DNA from: the human T2T-CHM13v2.0 reference genome, Homo sapiens
Direction: 5' to 3' (one strand)
Length of the DNA: 64,000 bases
Assembly (NCBI RefSeq): GCF_009914755.1
Contig: NC_060931.1
In this document: positions 25,728 through 41,822 of the stretch, piece after piece
Position numbering within the stretch: the stretch's first letter is position 1
Layout: each line of letters starts with the position of its first letter
Notes under the pieces: generated by a model
The model's input: only the letters and a program-made list of their open reading frames with translations
Databases searched by the model: none
What the model was told of the DNA's origin: nothing
Translations under genes and position numbers: made by a program

Positions 25728-27474
25728 CTGGCCAGTGATGAGAAAATGCAATGAGAAAATATTAGAGAAGTAATTTCAACTTTCCAAAGTTTTTATTTGG
25801 AAATTCAGGAGACAAGTTATTGCCAAGTTGGAAGTTGTTTCACATTGATTGAGGATGACAGAAATGTCAGTGATGTAAGGTTTCAGAGCCCAAATGCCTA
25901 CCTAAATCGACTAATCATTTTGGTATGGGTTATATAAAACATAGACGGAGATTTGTCTACCAGAAAATGGCATTACATTTACAAAATCAATCATGTGTGT
26001 AGCATAACTATACGTCTTTATATGTCATGATAAATACTCTACAGGAAATTATTTTCACTGCAAAACTCTGTGCTTGGACTAATAGGGCCAGTTTGTATTA
26101 TATTATTCTGTAACACAAAAAGTTATTGGAATAAGTTTTTGGAAACAAGGATGTATTTCAGAGAAATTATTTTGCCTGTGTGTTTATTTTTTATCTGTAA
26201 AATTAAATTTGCCAACTAATATTTATCTAGCATTTTACAGAAGGTAGAGTGCAGGAAGTTTATACTATCCACCAATAATTCCTAAATAATCTACAAGTTT
26301 GTTCTGAAGATCAATTGGTGTGAAAAGTTAGGGATGGCTTTGAAAAACAGATGCATAGTTATAATGCAATGTGGTTTCAATTGTTCTTATTTTAAAATGA
26401 CACATCTTTCATTATTTTCAGGAATTAGGCTATGGAATAAGGCAAAAGTACATAATAAAATGCAGCAAAAAGAAAACCTGTTTCCTGATTAAGTTTCTAT
26501 TATTTTACCCTTTATGTAACCTCCTCCAATGTGGTAAATGAAACACAGCTCAGATCAAAAGTACAACACAGGGAGTCTAGGTAAAACTCATTTAGAGAAC
26601 AAAACTCCTTCTTATCTTGCATAATCCTGTTTCCATTATGACATCCTGTACAATCTGAAACTCATTAAATTAATTTAGAAAATAATAAATATGTTTTACA
26701 TGCACAGAAAGCTGACAGTGTAGACAGATGAAAAATTTTTGCTCTCTACTTCAAACTCAGCTAGATTTTTAATTTAAAAAATGTTTTCCCCTTTTTTGTC
26801 ATCACTTTGACAGTTTTACTCTTGTCATAATCAACTGAATACCTTTGACTGTCATAGCTGATGATTTGCTCTCACTAGGTTTAAAGCCTTCAAAAATGCT
26901 ACTCCCATACAATCCCTGTACAAGGCCTGTGTCTATCATCTCCTACCCTCATCATACCCTACCTACTTCATTCCACCTTCTACCTTCAATTGCTGTCTAC
27001 AGAGGTGTCAACCTCAGTGCCTGTTTCTCAAATGCCCTAGGTGTGAAACAAAACTCTTCCAATATTGGGAATTATCTGTCTCTTATTGAAAAGATCAATG
27101 CCCTGGAAATAGGAAAATAAATCAGAAATGATTGCAATGTAAAGAAATAATATTTAACTGATTCCAAGTCACATTTAAAAAAAATTGGACATGCATATCT
27201 TCATGTGCCAATATCTATATTGTATAGGCTGTTTTTTTTTCCCCTCTGAGATTATTAGTGCGTCTTGAATTGAATGCATATGGAACATGTTGCTATACTC
27301 ATTTGTAAGATAGCTGCTTCCTGGGATACAGGTGAATTTAATTGCTATGGCCAACAGGGGCTGGAAAATCTGTAATTCAGGAGCTACCTGAATAATTAGA
27401 ATGCATTGTCACAGAAGTTAATGCTATTTACATTGAATACTTTTTTTTCTAACTGTTCTGTGATTTAAACTTTT

Positions 27475-27618
27475 TTGTATTTTTTTTTTTTTGTATTTTT
27501 AGTAGAGATGGGGTTTCGCCATTTTAGCCAGCATGGTCCCGATCTCCTGACCTCGTGATCCGCCCGCCTCGGCCTCCCAAAGTGCTGGGATTACAGGCAT
27601 GAGCCACCGCGTCCGGCC
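27475..27618 (-). mobile_element. AluY left monomer only
   Basis: Left arm through the A-rich linker with no right arm. Direct repeat tttaaactttt at 27464-27474 and 27621-27631. Confidence 0.88.
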
Positions 27619-27965
27619 CGTTTAAACTTTTCTTTATTAAGAAATACTTTTAGGAGGAGACCTTTCATTCAATCTCTATATATGAATGAATTATATATGA
27701 CATCAAAATATAGAAAAATCCACTGGATTTAGAAACAAACAACCCAGTGATCTGCCAGCATCTCCTTTATCAACAGCCATGTCTCCTAGGTCTATTTTCC
27801 CAGGTAGAAATTTATAACTGCAACTGACTTGTCTCTTGCATAATCTGCTAAAGCTACTAAAGAAAACTATGGTATAAATTACTACTCTCAAAGATAGAAT
27901 TTCATATAAATCCTTCAATACATTAATTGACTCAGATAAGAGGAGTCACGTAACTAGTATAATAG

Positions 27966-28359
<394 letters not shown>

Positions 28360-29088
28360 ACCAATGGGTGCATTAAAAAAAAATCACTTAGTTGTCTTCT
28401 TTCTAACTAATTTAATCATTCTAGTTAGTCCACAGAGATAATTTTCTGGTAATCTTTCTTGTAGTTCTAGGTAACTGCTCAGTTTTCATTTCCTCTTCAG
28501 GACATCCTCTGGTGGTGGCAAGCTTTTTCCAATGTACCAGAAAACATGTAAAAATAGTTCTTTCAATAGAAAATATTCTTTTATTAAAAAATTATTTCAT
28601 TTGATCTGCTACTTCTTCATAGTGGAATCTAGACTATAGACTATAGTCTTATAGACTTATAGACTATAAGATGGTGTTTGATTTAGCAATTATGATAACA
28701 AATTGTTTTTAGTTTAATATACTAATATTTCACTCTCTTCAAGAAACATTCTGATATTCAGGTACTTTCTCACCTAAATAAGGCAAGAACCACAATAGGT
28801 TAATTTGGTTTATGAGCTTGGTGCCCTTAGTAAGTTTGCTTTGATAACTACTCTTGCCAGTACCTCAAAGTCTCATTATTTCCCAAGTTTACCCTTTCTT
28901 TCCCCTTTTTGTCCAACAAAAAGAAACAGAATCATCCAGCTAGTGACCGGTGAGGCTAAAAGCCCTGTCATGTTAACTATCAATCACGATCAAGATACAG
29001 CGATACTATTGTATTTCTTTGGTTTAAGATTCTCCTATTTTATATTTTGTTAGGTTCTGCTGCGATCAGCAATAATTATTAAAAGTAA

Positions 29089-29415
<327 letters not shown>

Positions 29416-29852
29416 TTATTTCTATTAAGTCTTCTGCCACAGGATGTTTCTACCATCAGCAGCTTCTGACTTAGGAACAGAACTTTTATTTAAAATGGCC
29501 TCAGCCAAGCACCCATCTATTTGGGTGTTCAGAAGTAAAAAATTTTCTGTTAATTTCCCCTAACCTGACATCTTATAAACAGATACCTAATCAATATTTT
29601 AAAATAATAATTAGAAGGCATTCAATAAATATCCTTTCCATTTCCTGAGTGCTCTACCGCAACCACTGGCATAAATTTTGTACAATATAGGAAACATTAG
29701 AAATCCATTAACAATGTGTTCTATCTCCCTCCAGCCCCCTTCTCTCTCCAGCTCCAGAAAAAAGTACGAACAGAAATAATATTTCGGTTCCTATCTTATA
29801 ACCTTATTAAGTTCTTCACTTTTTCTTGGGATGTCAAACATACTGTCAATTT

Positions 29853-30385
<533 letters not shown>

Positions 30386-31129
30386 ATGCTATCAATTTGA
30401 TTCTTTATTAAAGCAAACAGCCGTACATATAAATGGCAGCACAGTATAGCTCTACTCTAGGTACTTTTCAGAGAGTATAATATTTAATTCATGGTTATCC
30501 AATATAAACAAAAACTCAACTAAGGAAATATTGGTGAGTACATATTTTCTGAAAGATATGAAATCTTATATATTGAGGATAAGAGTGATATAAAATCTTT
30601 TTCTGGATTAAACCAGTTGATCTGAGAGCAGTTTACAAGGAACACACCATGTTAATCACATCGGACAGTTGATTTTATTAAATTGGTTTTGGCAGGGTGT
30701 TCCCACCCTATGCTGAGTGAGACCTTTGTCAATTCTCCCTTATTCACTGTATTGATGTCACAATATTTTTGATATGATATTGATTGCATTACAGTGTTTA
30801 CTCTATGTTTACTTTTGGAAAATTTTTCTTTCTGGTTTTACTTTCTAGAAATTATTGAGATTCTCGTGAACAACAGATTCTTTTATTTTGAAATGGACTT
30901 TGTGATCATACTTCCATCTACATTGACTGAAAAAAAGCAGTTAGACAAATGTATGTCTTACCCTTATAACTTCTTGGTAAATATTCTTGCCGCATGTCTG
31001 TCTTTGTTCTCTCTCAGTCTTCTTGCTCTATGTGTGTGACATTGTTGTTATTTTTATCTTATCTTTATTTTTACCAAACAATTGCAACTCATCTTTTATA
31101 TGTTAGATAGGTCATTTAGCAAATTTTAG

Positions 31130-31494
<365 letters not shown>

Positions 31495-33523
31495 TAACCC
31501 TTTCTATTGTTGTTCTTAAAATATACTTGTACAAAAGTCTTAGCACAATATCTGGGCACAGCAATAGTCATAAACATGTCAGGTGACATCATTATTACTG
31601 CTATTATGATAGATTCAACTGCTAATTAAATCTTAAAATCCTTTATTGAGAATCCAAATGAAGACAAATTACACTCCTCAATGTGAATCCTACTCCCCTA
31701 CAACCATCAAAGAAATATTTCCTCTTCTATATTGCCAAAAAAAATCTCTTTTTAGTTATCTCCTTAGAGTATGTGTAGTTATATTTGTTACAATTATTTT
31801 TAATCTGGTTTATTCCCCTGGCCCACCACACTGTGTATTCATAATCCTGGCAGAATGGTAATCGTAAACGCTTAGCTGATGTTTGCTAAATGGCAAATCC
31901 AGGTAACACATTGAATTTAAAACCTGAAATCTCATGTAACTTTGACATCCTCAAGACATAGAGTTATCATAATTATATAAAAGAAATGAATAAAAGTTTA
32001 ATCAATCAAAAAGAAAATAGAGTTTATAACCCTGATTATGATGGAATACTTTATTGAACTGCTGGAGGATGTAAGCATTTCAAATATTCTAAATTTGTTA
32101 AGTTTAATAATGTTATAAAAATTGACTTGAGAGAGGGTGGGAGATAATGATGACTAATCATGTCTACTCCAAAATCAAAAATTCCAAATAGGGAATAATA
32201 AGAAGAGAAAGAGAACTGAGAAGTCATATGAGTATCTTCTCACATCTCCAAGGATACCTATATCACTAAAGGATGTCATGTAATAGATAATTTTGTGGGC
32301 TTCCAGAAAGAAAGCAATCTCATTTTAAATCATTTCTAAATAAATTTCACACTTAGAAAGCAACTGTTTTGCATACAAACTTTTGTCATGAAAATTGCGA
32401 GTAGAAAAGAAGGGTATCCTTGTTAAATTGGCATAATGATTCCCCACGGGTTCAACCATCTGAATGGTTAGAACAAAATAATTGAGAGCAACAAAACATT
32501 AAAATTATTTTAAAAGCACCACAGTGTGTTTGGATAACACAATGTTTCAATATGTTGCAGCTGTTAATGACAAGAAATAATGTTTTTAAGGAAGCAATCT
32601 TCAATTAATCATTTCCTCTTTTAGTGGGATAATTTATGGAAATGAAATGAAGCTAATAAACCAGAAAGAATGGGAGGAAAGAAAATAGTTAAATAAATTG
32701 CTTCCTTTTGTAACAACAAAAAAGTCATGATATCCATCATTTGACCAGAAATATCATGTTGCTAAAGGCCTTATTTAGCATTTGATTCTCTTCCAATATA
32801 GCAGAAACAGAAGGCATCACATTTCAGCTTTCTATTTATTCACTCTCCATTTTAACCCCATAAATGTCTCGCAAGATTGAAATGTTAATAATGCAACCAT
32901 CTTAGGAAATTTGATGTTATGTAGAGAAGACAGAGATGGATGAGGTTGTGAACCATATTCATTCAATTTTGATTTGTTATCAATTTTGATGTTCTACTTT
33001 ATTGTAAGTTTAATTTGTAAATAATACATGTAAAACTAAAACATAATTTAGGAGATGGGTAAATGAATGCCAATTATTTTACATATTTATTTAGGTTATT
33101 TAGCAAATACAGTTAGTTGCTGTACCACATAAAGACAAATAAAATTCCAGTGGTTTTTATTATAATTTTAGTATTTCTCTCAATAATACTCAGTGTCAAA
33201 GGTCAAGAATAGGAGGAAAGGAAATGTTGCCCATAAACTCTTGGTAACACAGAATACTGTAGCAATGCCTAACTTAAAGTATAAACAGCATTACTTAGAT
33301 TTTTCTCATTGGACTCTACATGATTTTCTGCAGAAATACAATAGATGCTCTATCAGTAGAAAAGACTAATTTAACTTCCAGTGGCTGGAAAACATTTCAA
33401 AGATGAGTCAATATCTCTTGAAAATACATAAACTATTTAAAAATTTATAAAATGAAAACAAAAAAATTCATTCATTCTTAACATTCATGTATATTTTGAA
33501 CCTGAGCATTAAGATGGCTAACA

Positions 33524-33825
<302 letters not shown>

Positions 33826-34363
33826 CTAACAAACTATTTAATAATATCATATATTGTAGTGCAAATAAAAGTCTACAGTATATACTGAAGTATATAACAG
33901 TGATTTTGTTTACTTTTTGAGGTAATGCCTAGTACAATGTCTTTCCAATGTCTAGTATGTCATTTTCACCAATTAGATTCTATGTAAATATTCAATGTGT
34001 TTTTGCAGGCATGTATGTGTGCATGTACCAACAAATGAATGCATGAATGTGTAGTTAAGAACATGCATGTGTGCTTAACCCATTTACTAGAAATAGGACC
34101 AATAAATATGAAGTTAGTGGATGTAGCTTGCCAAGTACAAAAATACAATGAAACCTTAAATAAAATTTAAACTTGTAATTTTTCACCTGGCTAAAATTTT
34201 AATTTTAAACTACTTTGTTTTATGCCCTAAATTAAGATGTCTTTGGTGCTGGGAAGTAATTATTAACCAGGATATAGCATTTAGAATTTTACAGTTTTAA
34301 GTAGTTTCTAATCTTTCCTGAATCCATAGATTCCTGAAGATGTGAACTTAAAATTGGCTAGTC

Positions 34364-34500
34364 TGTGTGTGTGTGTGTGTGTGTACATATATACGTGTGT
34401 GTCTATATATGTGTATATATGTGTATGGATGTATATATATACACACACATACATATATATACACATACATATACATAGATATAGGTATGAATATATATAC
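34364..34500. repeat. Compound (TG)n/(TA)n/(CA)n microsatellite
   Basis: Alternating purine-pyrimidine run. Confidence 0.9.
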
Positions 34501-35348
34501 AAATGGTTAAACAGTCATAGGGCCAATATATTTTAATTTTATTATTCATAAATATTTTTTGCAGTAGAGTCACCAGTATCTTACTTTCAGAGATGATTAA
34601 TTTGAAATATGATAATAAAATTTGCTGTGTGGCTTCAAAGTTAACTTTGAAGCCACTTGAATAGTTACATTGAACACTGTACTTGATGTCTTGTGATGTC
34701 ATGGGTAATATGCTTCGTATAGGGCAGGCTGAAACTCATTTACTTAAAAAGCAATACCAATATGAAGATATCTACTGTAATATTTATTTAGTTTATACTG
34801 AACATCTGGTATGTTTTATTTTCATGATTTTATAGCAAATGCATTACAAAAGAAAGCACAAATAATCTCTATGCCAGAGCAAAATTACCATAGGAATGTT
34901 TACTTTAAAAAATCAGGAAACATGGACTTTAATGTTTCATTTACTTTTCCCCAAGAGATATGATGGGAGATGGAAAACACCCATTTGCTGAAGCAGAAAC
35001 CTTCCATAAACAATAATGAAAATACCATCCTGTATTTTAATGGTATGTGATCCTTATAACTTTTGGAATAAAAAATGCAGCAAGCTTTTAAAAAAATCTT
35101 AGTTTGTAACAGTTAAATTGTAGGTGTATGAACAGGTGATCTCTGATGACATACTTAAAGACTTCAATGGAGAATAATGATACGCAAGCTATTTCAAACC
35201 TCTTCTTATTCATGTTATCTGTGCATTTGCCTTGCACACATATAATATGAATAATTAGACTTTTTTCCTCAGCAGAAGACAAGTGTCATGATGACTATCT
35301 CCAGTGAAAATATTCAAAAAGGGTTTATAAAAATCATAGAAGTTAATA

Positions 35349-35848
35349 CTGCAAGTATTTGATTCTAAGACGCACACTTCTTTATACTTTAATATCTCTG
35401 ATATCAGAATGTGTCTTACAATTGTTCTTGATCTGAGTTGAAGTTGCTTTTTTCTAGGAGAAATTCTTTCTTACTTCTGACAGATATGTGGGATCCTACT
35501 GATATGATACCTCTTTAAATTAAAGTCTCTGTCCGAAATTTGGGTCCATTCTGTTCGTGTGAATTCGGAAAGTAAATCTTCATAAATACCACCTTGTAGT
35601 TCAAGGAGTATTTTTTAATCTCTTTCTAACCAGACATGATTATGATTGAAACAGACAATTTTCCTTGCTATTATCATCTGAATAAGAGTTTATTTCTCCT
35701 TTAGTCTAGTCCTGAGTCATTTGGTGTCCCAGTTTGATGCTGGGATCATCTAGTAGACTGACCATCTTCAGCAGTTTTTTTTTTCTTAAAAGTACATAAA
35801 AGAATGGTGTATTTTATATTATGTCATCTGAGACTTGATGAAATTTGA
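35349..35848. mobile_element. TcMar-Tc2 DNA transposon relic (Kanga1/MER104-like)
   Basis: Left end gattctaagacgcaca...aatatctctgatatcagaatgtgtcttacaat and right end gtacataaaagaatggtg...agacttgatgaaat resemble the recalled termini. Confidence 0.55.
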
Positions 35849-38800
35849 TAATTTATTAAAGGTAGGGATTACTTTTAGGGCTGACATCATGCTCATCTAT
35901 CAAATATTGAGACTCCTCTTGGGGCTAAATGCTCAGATTCATCACTGGAAGAGGCTAAGGCACAGACTATAATAGCACTGCTACAAAATACTAAATTTAC
36001 AGTTCTACAGATCATAAAGATGGCATTGTCAAAGACATTTTATAAAATTTTGGAATGATTCTGATGCCAACCAAGATATAAATTGAGATGGACAGTTGTG
36101 GAGATAATTAAGAAGATTGGATTCTGTGGACATATTACTGTGAGGTGCCAGGAAGGTAATGCATGCATGCAAAACTATTAGAAAGTGAAATTCAATGATG
36201 GCATTCAACTAGAAGATAGGATATAAAATATTTCAAAGATTCAGAAACCTAACATGATGGTACAGTTAAAAAAAAATTAGTACTGATGGTGTAGTTTTTT
36301 TTTTTTCCTTTCTGGACATGTAAATCATAATATGGCCCATTCTTAGTGAGAAAGAAAATGGGAAGTGGTTTATAGGTAAATTGCCTTCGTCAGTCATTTT
36401 CTTGAGTACAAAGTCAGATGAGCTCCAATTTTGTACACAGCAATTATTTTACGGAAGGGAACAGATTGGAAACAACCTGAGCTTCCTCTTTAGCTTCCTG
36501 TATGAGGTGTGAGTGGGAAGACAAGAGTTGCCAGCACACATATATTAAGATTTGATACTAAAATCTCCCCTAGGTGACCAGCCACCGGCGACAGAGGAGA
36601 GTATCCTGGGATCAAGAGGAGGTGTAGCTGGATTTTTCTGTTTCACCTGGCCTAGTTCACCACTCGAGCCACTTTACATATAAGGGAGCAGAGTGCCAAG
36701 TGAGTGTTAAATGTTTCATCTAAAGTGAAATTTCTTCCACCTTAATTCTGAGTTATTCTGTATATAGTCTCTCTATTAAAACCTCTGGATGTGTAAACTA
36801 TAGAGTGTTACAGAATATGTTTACCATTACAGCTGGAACTGATCATCCTGAAGTGTGTAATTTGGCTTCATGTTGCTTACCAGCTTTCTGTGAAAACATC
36901 TCATATTTTTATGCTTCCACATGAGCACATATATTTTATTCAATGTGAGAATTAATATTAGCAAGACAACATACATGATTTAGTAAGGCTGGGCTCCGGA
37001 TTTTTGCCCATTTTACTTTCAAATACTGACGTCAACTATTCCAAAATAATCACTGATTCCTAATGGTAAGACTTAGCATGGCCAAATGGGAATGCCTACC
37101 TTAGTTTCCAAATATTTGAAATTTAGTGTAATTTATGGTGTATATGGTTTATGTGTAGTCATTATCAAAACAAGCAGACAAGGGGAAAAGAGGCATTCAA
37201 AAAGGAATATTTTATTGCTGGAGGGCTTGCTGGGCTAGTTTACCCTTTCCTCTCAGATATCACAAACATCTAGAGTTGTTTACCACAACCCTCCCCCAAA
37301 AGACCCTGTAACACTGAACAGTTGCACTTTCTCTTCTCTCTCCAGTGTGCATCTGACGTAAGAATCAGGAGGTAAATTTATTTACACTCACTTTATTTCT
37401 TACTTCTTATGGCTAAGCCATTCTATATGCCAAATTTTAATAGTCTTTAACTACTCTAATTTTATCAAAACACATCTTTAATATCTGAAACACTCTCCAA
37501 ACCCCAGTCATTCAATGGTTAACAATATTTATGTATCCACAGTCATACTTTTCATAAAAATTCCTTTGGTCAGTTTTTCCCCATATATATTTACACTCAT
37601 AACTCTAGCATGAATATAATTTTGAAATTCTAACTGAATCTATAAAGGGATCACTAAACAAATGAATATGCCATTAAGATTATATATGCATATAATCTCT
37701 AAAAATTTTCAAAACACAGCATAGTGTCCTACACATGATGGCATATAATCAATATATATTAGTCAATTGATTAATTCATAATGATGTTTCCTAAGAGAGA
37801 TCTTATTTTTGAATATAATGGTGTTGATAATAACAATGTATGACATAAGGTATTTTTTACAAAAATCAAAAAGTGCTATTAGTTCAAATCTCTACTGAAA
37901 AACAAAAGTAATAAGACATGTATCTAGATTATAACTTGAAATTTTTAGATCATTCAGTCATTCAACAAATATTTGTTATCTACAATACTCATAATGTTGT
38001 ATTGATATAAACCTAGAAATATACAACAAGCAAAATAATGTTTCATTTTGATATGGAGATTAAAGTCTGATTGGTTCAGTTACATTCTCCTGATTCTTTT
38101 ACTTCCAGTAATTATCATTAACTCTCCACATATAGGCAAACAGATTATTTAGTGTAATGAATTAATATTTCAAAATATTACATTGCTGGAATGGTGCTGA
38201 TCATAATTCAATATTTTTCCATGAAACAGATTATGAAAGATTAGCAAATATTTTAGGATTTGATTGAAATATGCTATTTGAAAAAATTTAAGGAGAGTGT
38301 TCAATAAATGCACCATACTAATGCAGGGACAGTCGTAACATTTACTCCAGTTTTGTGGTCTCTTTCTTATTTATAGTAAAGATAATCACAGATAGGAAAG
38401 TCCCTGGTGAGAAAATTTGCAATCAAAGTGGTTCCGAAACACTGGCTTTATTCATGGTTACCCGTCTCCTGGTAGTAGGATTCCCCAAACAATCCCGTGA
38501 GCATTCGTAAATCAAATACCAGCCCATCCAGCTTATGCCAAAGGGGGATCTGAATTTTAGAAAGTAAGTTTTGGAATGTATGCTGGGGTTCTATGTGTGG
38601 TAATGTTTTATTAAAATCCATAAACATGAATATTCCACACATAAAATTAGTAAATCAAAGAAAAGTCAACTGATAAATATTAACTACTTTTAGAATAAAT
38701 GGCATCAAAAAAATTAATAGAATAATTATGTTAAGTGACAATGTTTACATTGTACATTTCAGCCATTTTTAACTATGTTCATTAGCAGTATTGTCATTGA

Positions 38801-39446
38801 TAAGTTCCCCCAGCAGAGGGAAGCATAACCTCATTATTATTTCCATAGTAATATGGCATAATGTTTCAATTATGGAAAGTGGGGCATCACTACAATTTTA
38901 CTGCATTTTAAGTGAAGGTTGGTTGATGTTTCTGCATTTACTAAGCAACTTTGACATTAAATAGGCTCTGACATATTTTAGGAAGCAAAAAATGAATTTG
39001 GTACAAAATGCCCAGTGTAAGGGAATACCCTACTAGTAATTCAGTGTAAAGATATCCACATTATCTTCTGCTTGACTAGGATACCCAATAATGATATATT
39101 AGGTTTATATCATGAGCATATAAATGAATCATTTTAAGGCATATTTTAAGACTGTAGTTTTTGCTTTGGTATATTTTAATGTACATTTCCATTCCCTACT
39201 CATCTCAGGTTGCTACTATATACAAAATGAAGTACTTAAACATGGCTTCTTTTTGTTAATATAAGAAAGTTGAGCTTTAAACCTTGTAAGCATCTAAAAT
39301 TTTGAATTTATCATCATAATAAAACATAATTTATGATAATAAAACATAATTCAGTGCCTTGTGTTCTTTAGGATTTTCTTTCTGTAAGATTTTACTTCTC
39401 TTCGGCTGCATTTCTTTAAGTATTCTGAGAGAGATGCATACATTGC

Positions 39447-39468
39447 ATGCATATGCATGAATATGCAT
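39447..39468. promoter_or_regulatory. Overlapping MORE-type POU dimer motifs
   Basis: ATGCATATGCAT (39447-39458) and ATGAATATGCAT (39457-39468). Confidence 0.45.
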
Positions 39469-39522
39469 TATTATGATTTTAGCCTGGTCTTAGCAGGTTG
39501 AAAGATGAAAAATGTGACTTAC

Positions 39523-39587
39523 CATGGTGTAAGTCTGAACAGTGAGTCAGTGGGTCTCCATTTCTTATATCTTGTCGTCTTGTGCGT
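39523..39587 (-). CDS. SEMA3A: SEMA3A coding exon (exon 15), 65 nt, (R)RTRRQDIRNGDPLTHCSDLHH(D); carries the internal furin-type site
   Basis: Acceptor tgtttcag|A CGC, donor CAT G|gtaagt. Phases 2 and 1 match both neighbouring exons. Confidence 0.97.
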
Positions 39588-40134
39588 CTGAAACAATTAC
39601 ATTTAAAAGGTGTTATTGTATCCTTATTTTTCCCTTCTAGGAATTTGTCATAAGAATGAAGAGAAATAAAATATATATATATATATCATAGACTCTAGTA
39701 ACTTACAGGAACAGATGAATCTACATCCAACTAAAAGATTTTTTTAAAAAACAGTTCATTATACCTGTAAGAGCAGTCTCCAAGATGATCAAAATGGGAA
39801 ACAAGATCCAAATGTACTAACAACATGTTAAAAGTCTTTAAAATAGTGATAACAGAGAATTCATGGCTTTTTCACTACCAGATGTCAGTCAGTAACAATC
39901 TAATGTCTAGAAACTCAAGGCCTAACTTCTGTGGAAAAAGCACAAAATTTAAAATAATAATCCATTTTTTTCAATAAAGGGTAAATTAAACTTTTTTTCT
40001 GATTATTAATGAAGGAATAAGCTTGAAAATTATAATTCACATGAATGTTCTCTTTCTCTAAATGCTTACACATAATTATTTAAATAGACTTTTGCTAAAT
40101 TTTATAATATTAAGACTAGAAATTCTATTTTTAA

Positions 40135-40492
<358 letters not shown>

Positions 40493-41506
40493 ATATCAAC
40501 CTGTTCTTTTTTAAAACAGTTTATTTTATGATCATATGGCTATGATTGCAAACCAATTTACCTGTGAAGTGAATAAAAGCAACAATAAATGTTGAACTTA
40601 AGGGCAAGGCCTCCTCTTGCCAGAGGAATGAGAGAGAGAATAAATGAACTTACATTTAAGAGAAAAGCAAAGTTTGCTTATAAAAATCAAACGATTTCTT
40701 CTACATTCTACCCCCAGATCACATGTGAGCTGCAGCACGTTGTGGGTATCCTTTTTCTACATTTTGCTAATGGTTGCCTGGGAAGGAGGAGGTAGGCTGT
40801 AGTCACTGCGGTGCAACAAAGATGTGAAGTTCCAGGAAGAGGCTAAAAATGGAGACTGGCTATGTGTAACAGACTGGAAAAGATTGGGGGACACTTGCCC
40901 AAGTGTTTGCTGCTGCTATTTTAATGGGTATTGTCTTGCTGCAAAATTAGTTACCATCCCTAAAAAGAACTCTCACAAAGGCCGTTGAGAATTGCAAATA
41001 TGGAATTTGTTACTGTATTCATAAATTTAGAAGTCTAAAGTATTTATAGATTTCTATTTGTAGAATTAGTGAAACTATCAAACAGATGTTGCACATTTCA
41101 AAATTGAGCCAACAAGAGAACTTGTGAAACACGAACTACAAAGCATTTGGGAAGGCATTTTTCACTGCCATTTAAGATTTTGAAAAATGCCATCACAAAG
41201 AATATATAAATCATGAGGCTTCTAAACATCCTTTTTAAAGACAGCGTGTCACTCATGAAATTGGATTAAGTAAAATCTGTAAGGCATAACAAAAATGTGC
41301 TAATGAAAATTCCTTCAATCTTGAATTGTAGGTATACAATAAATACTTTTCAAATATGTAATAACATATAGGTTTTAACTTATAGATGTGTTGATTTTCT
41401 TTTTATCTCTTTCCTTATTAAGAAGAGCTTAAAATTCAAATAGATTATTACTAAATTAGGTAATATTATAAACTTTCACATGAAGAAGAAATAATACTCA
41501 TTTTAG

Positions 41507-41822
<316 letters not shown>

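Noticed and set aside
28503-28516. CTCF-like CCACCAGAGGATG (also weak matches near 158 and 36566)
   Set aside because: Mismatches in the conserved GGC part of the core; much weaker than the 9834 site.
39316-39351. 20-bp-period duplication ataataaaacataatt
   Set aside because: AT-rich slippage product with no evident function.
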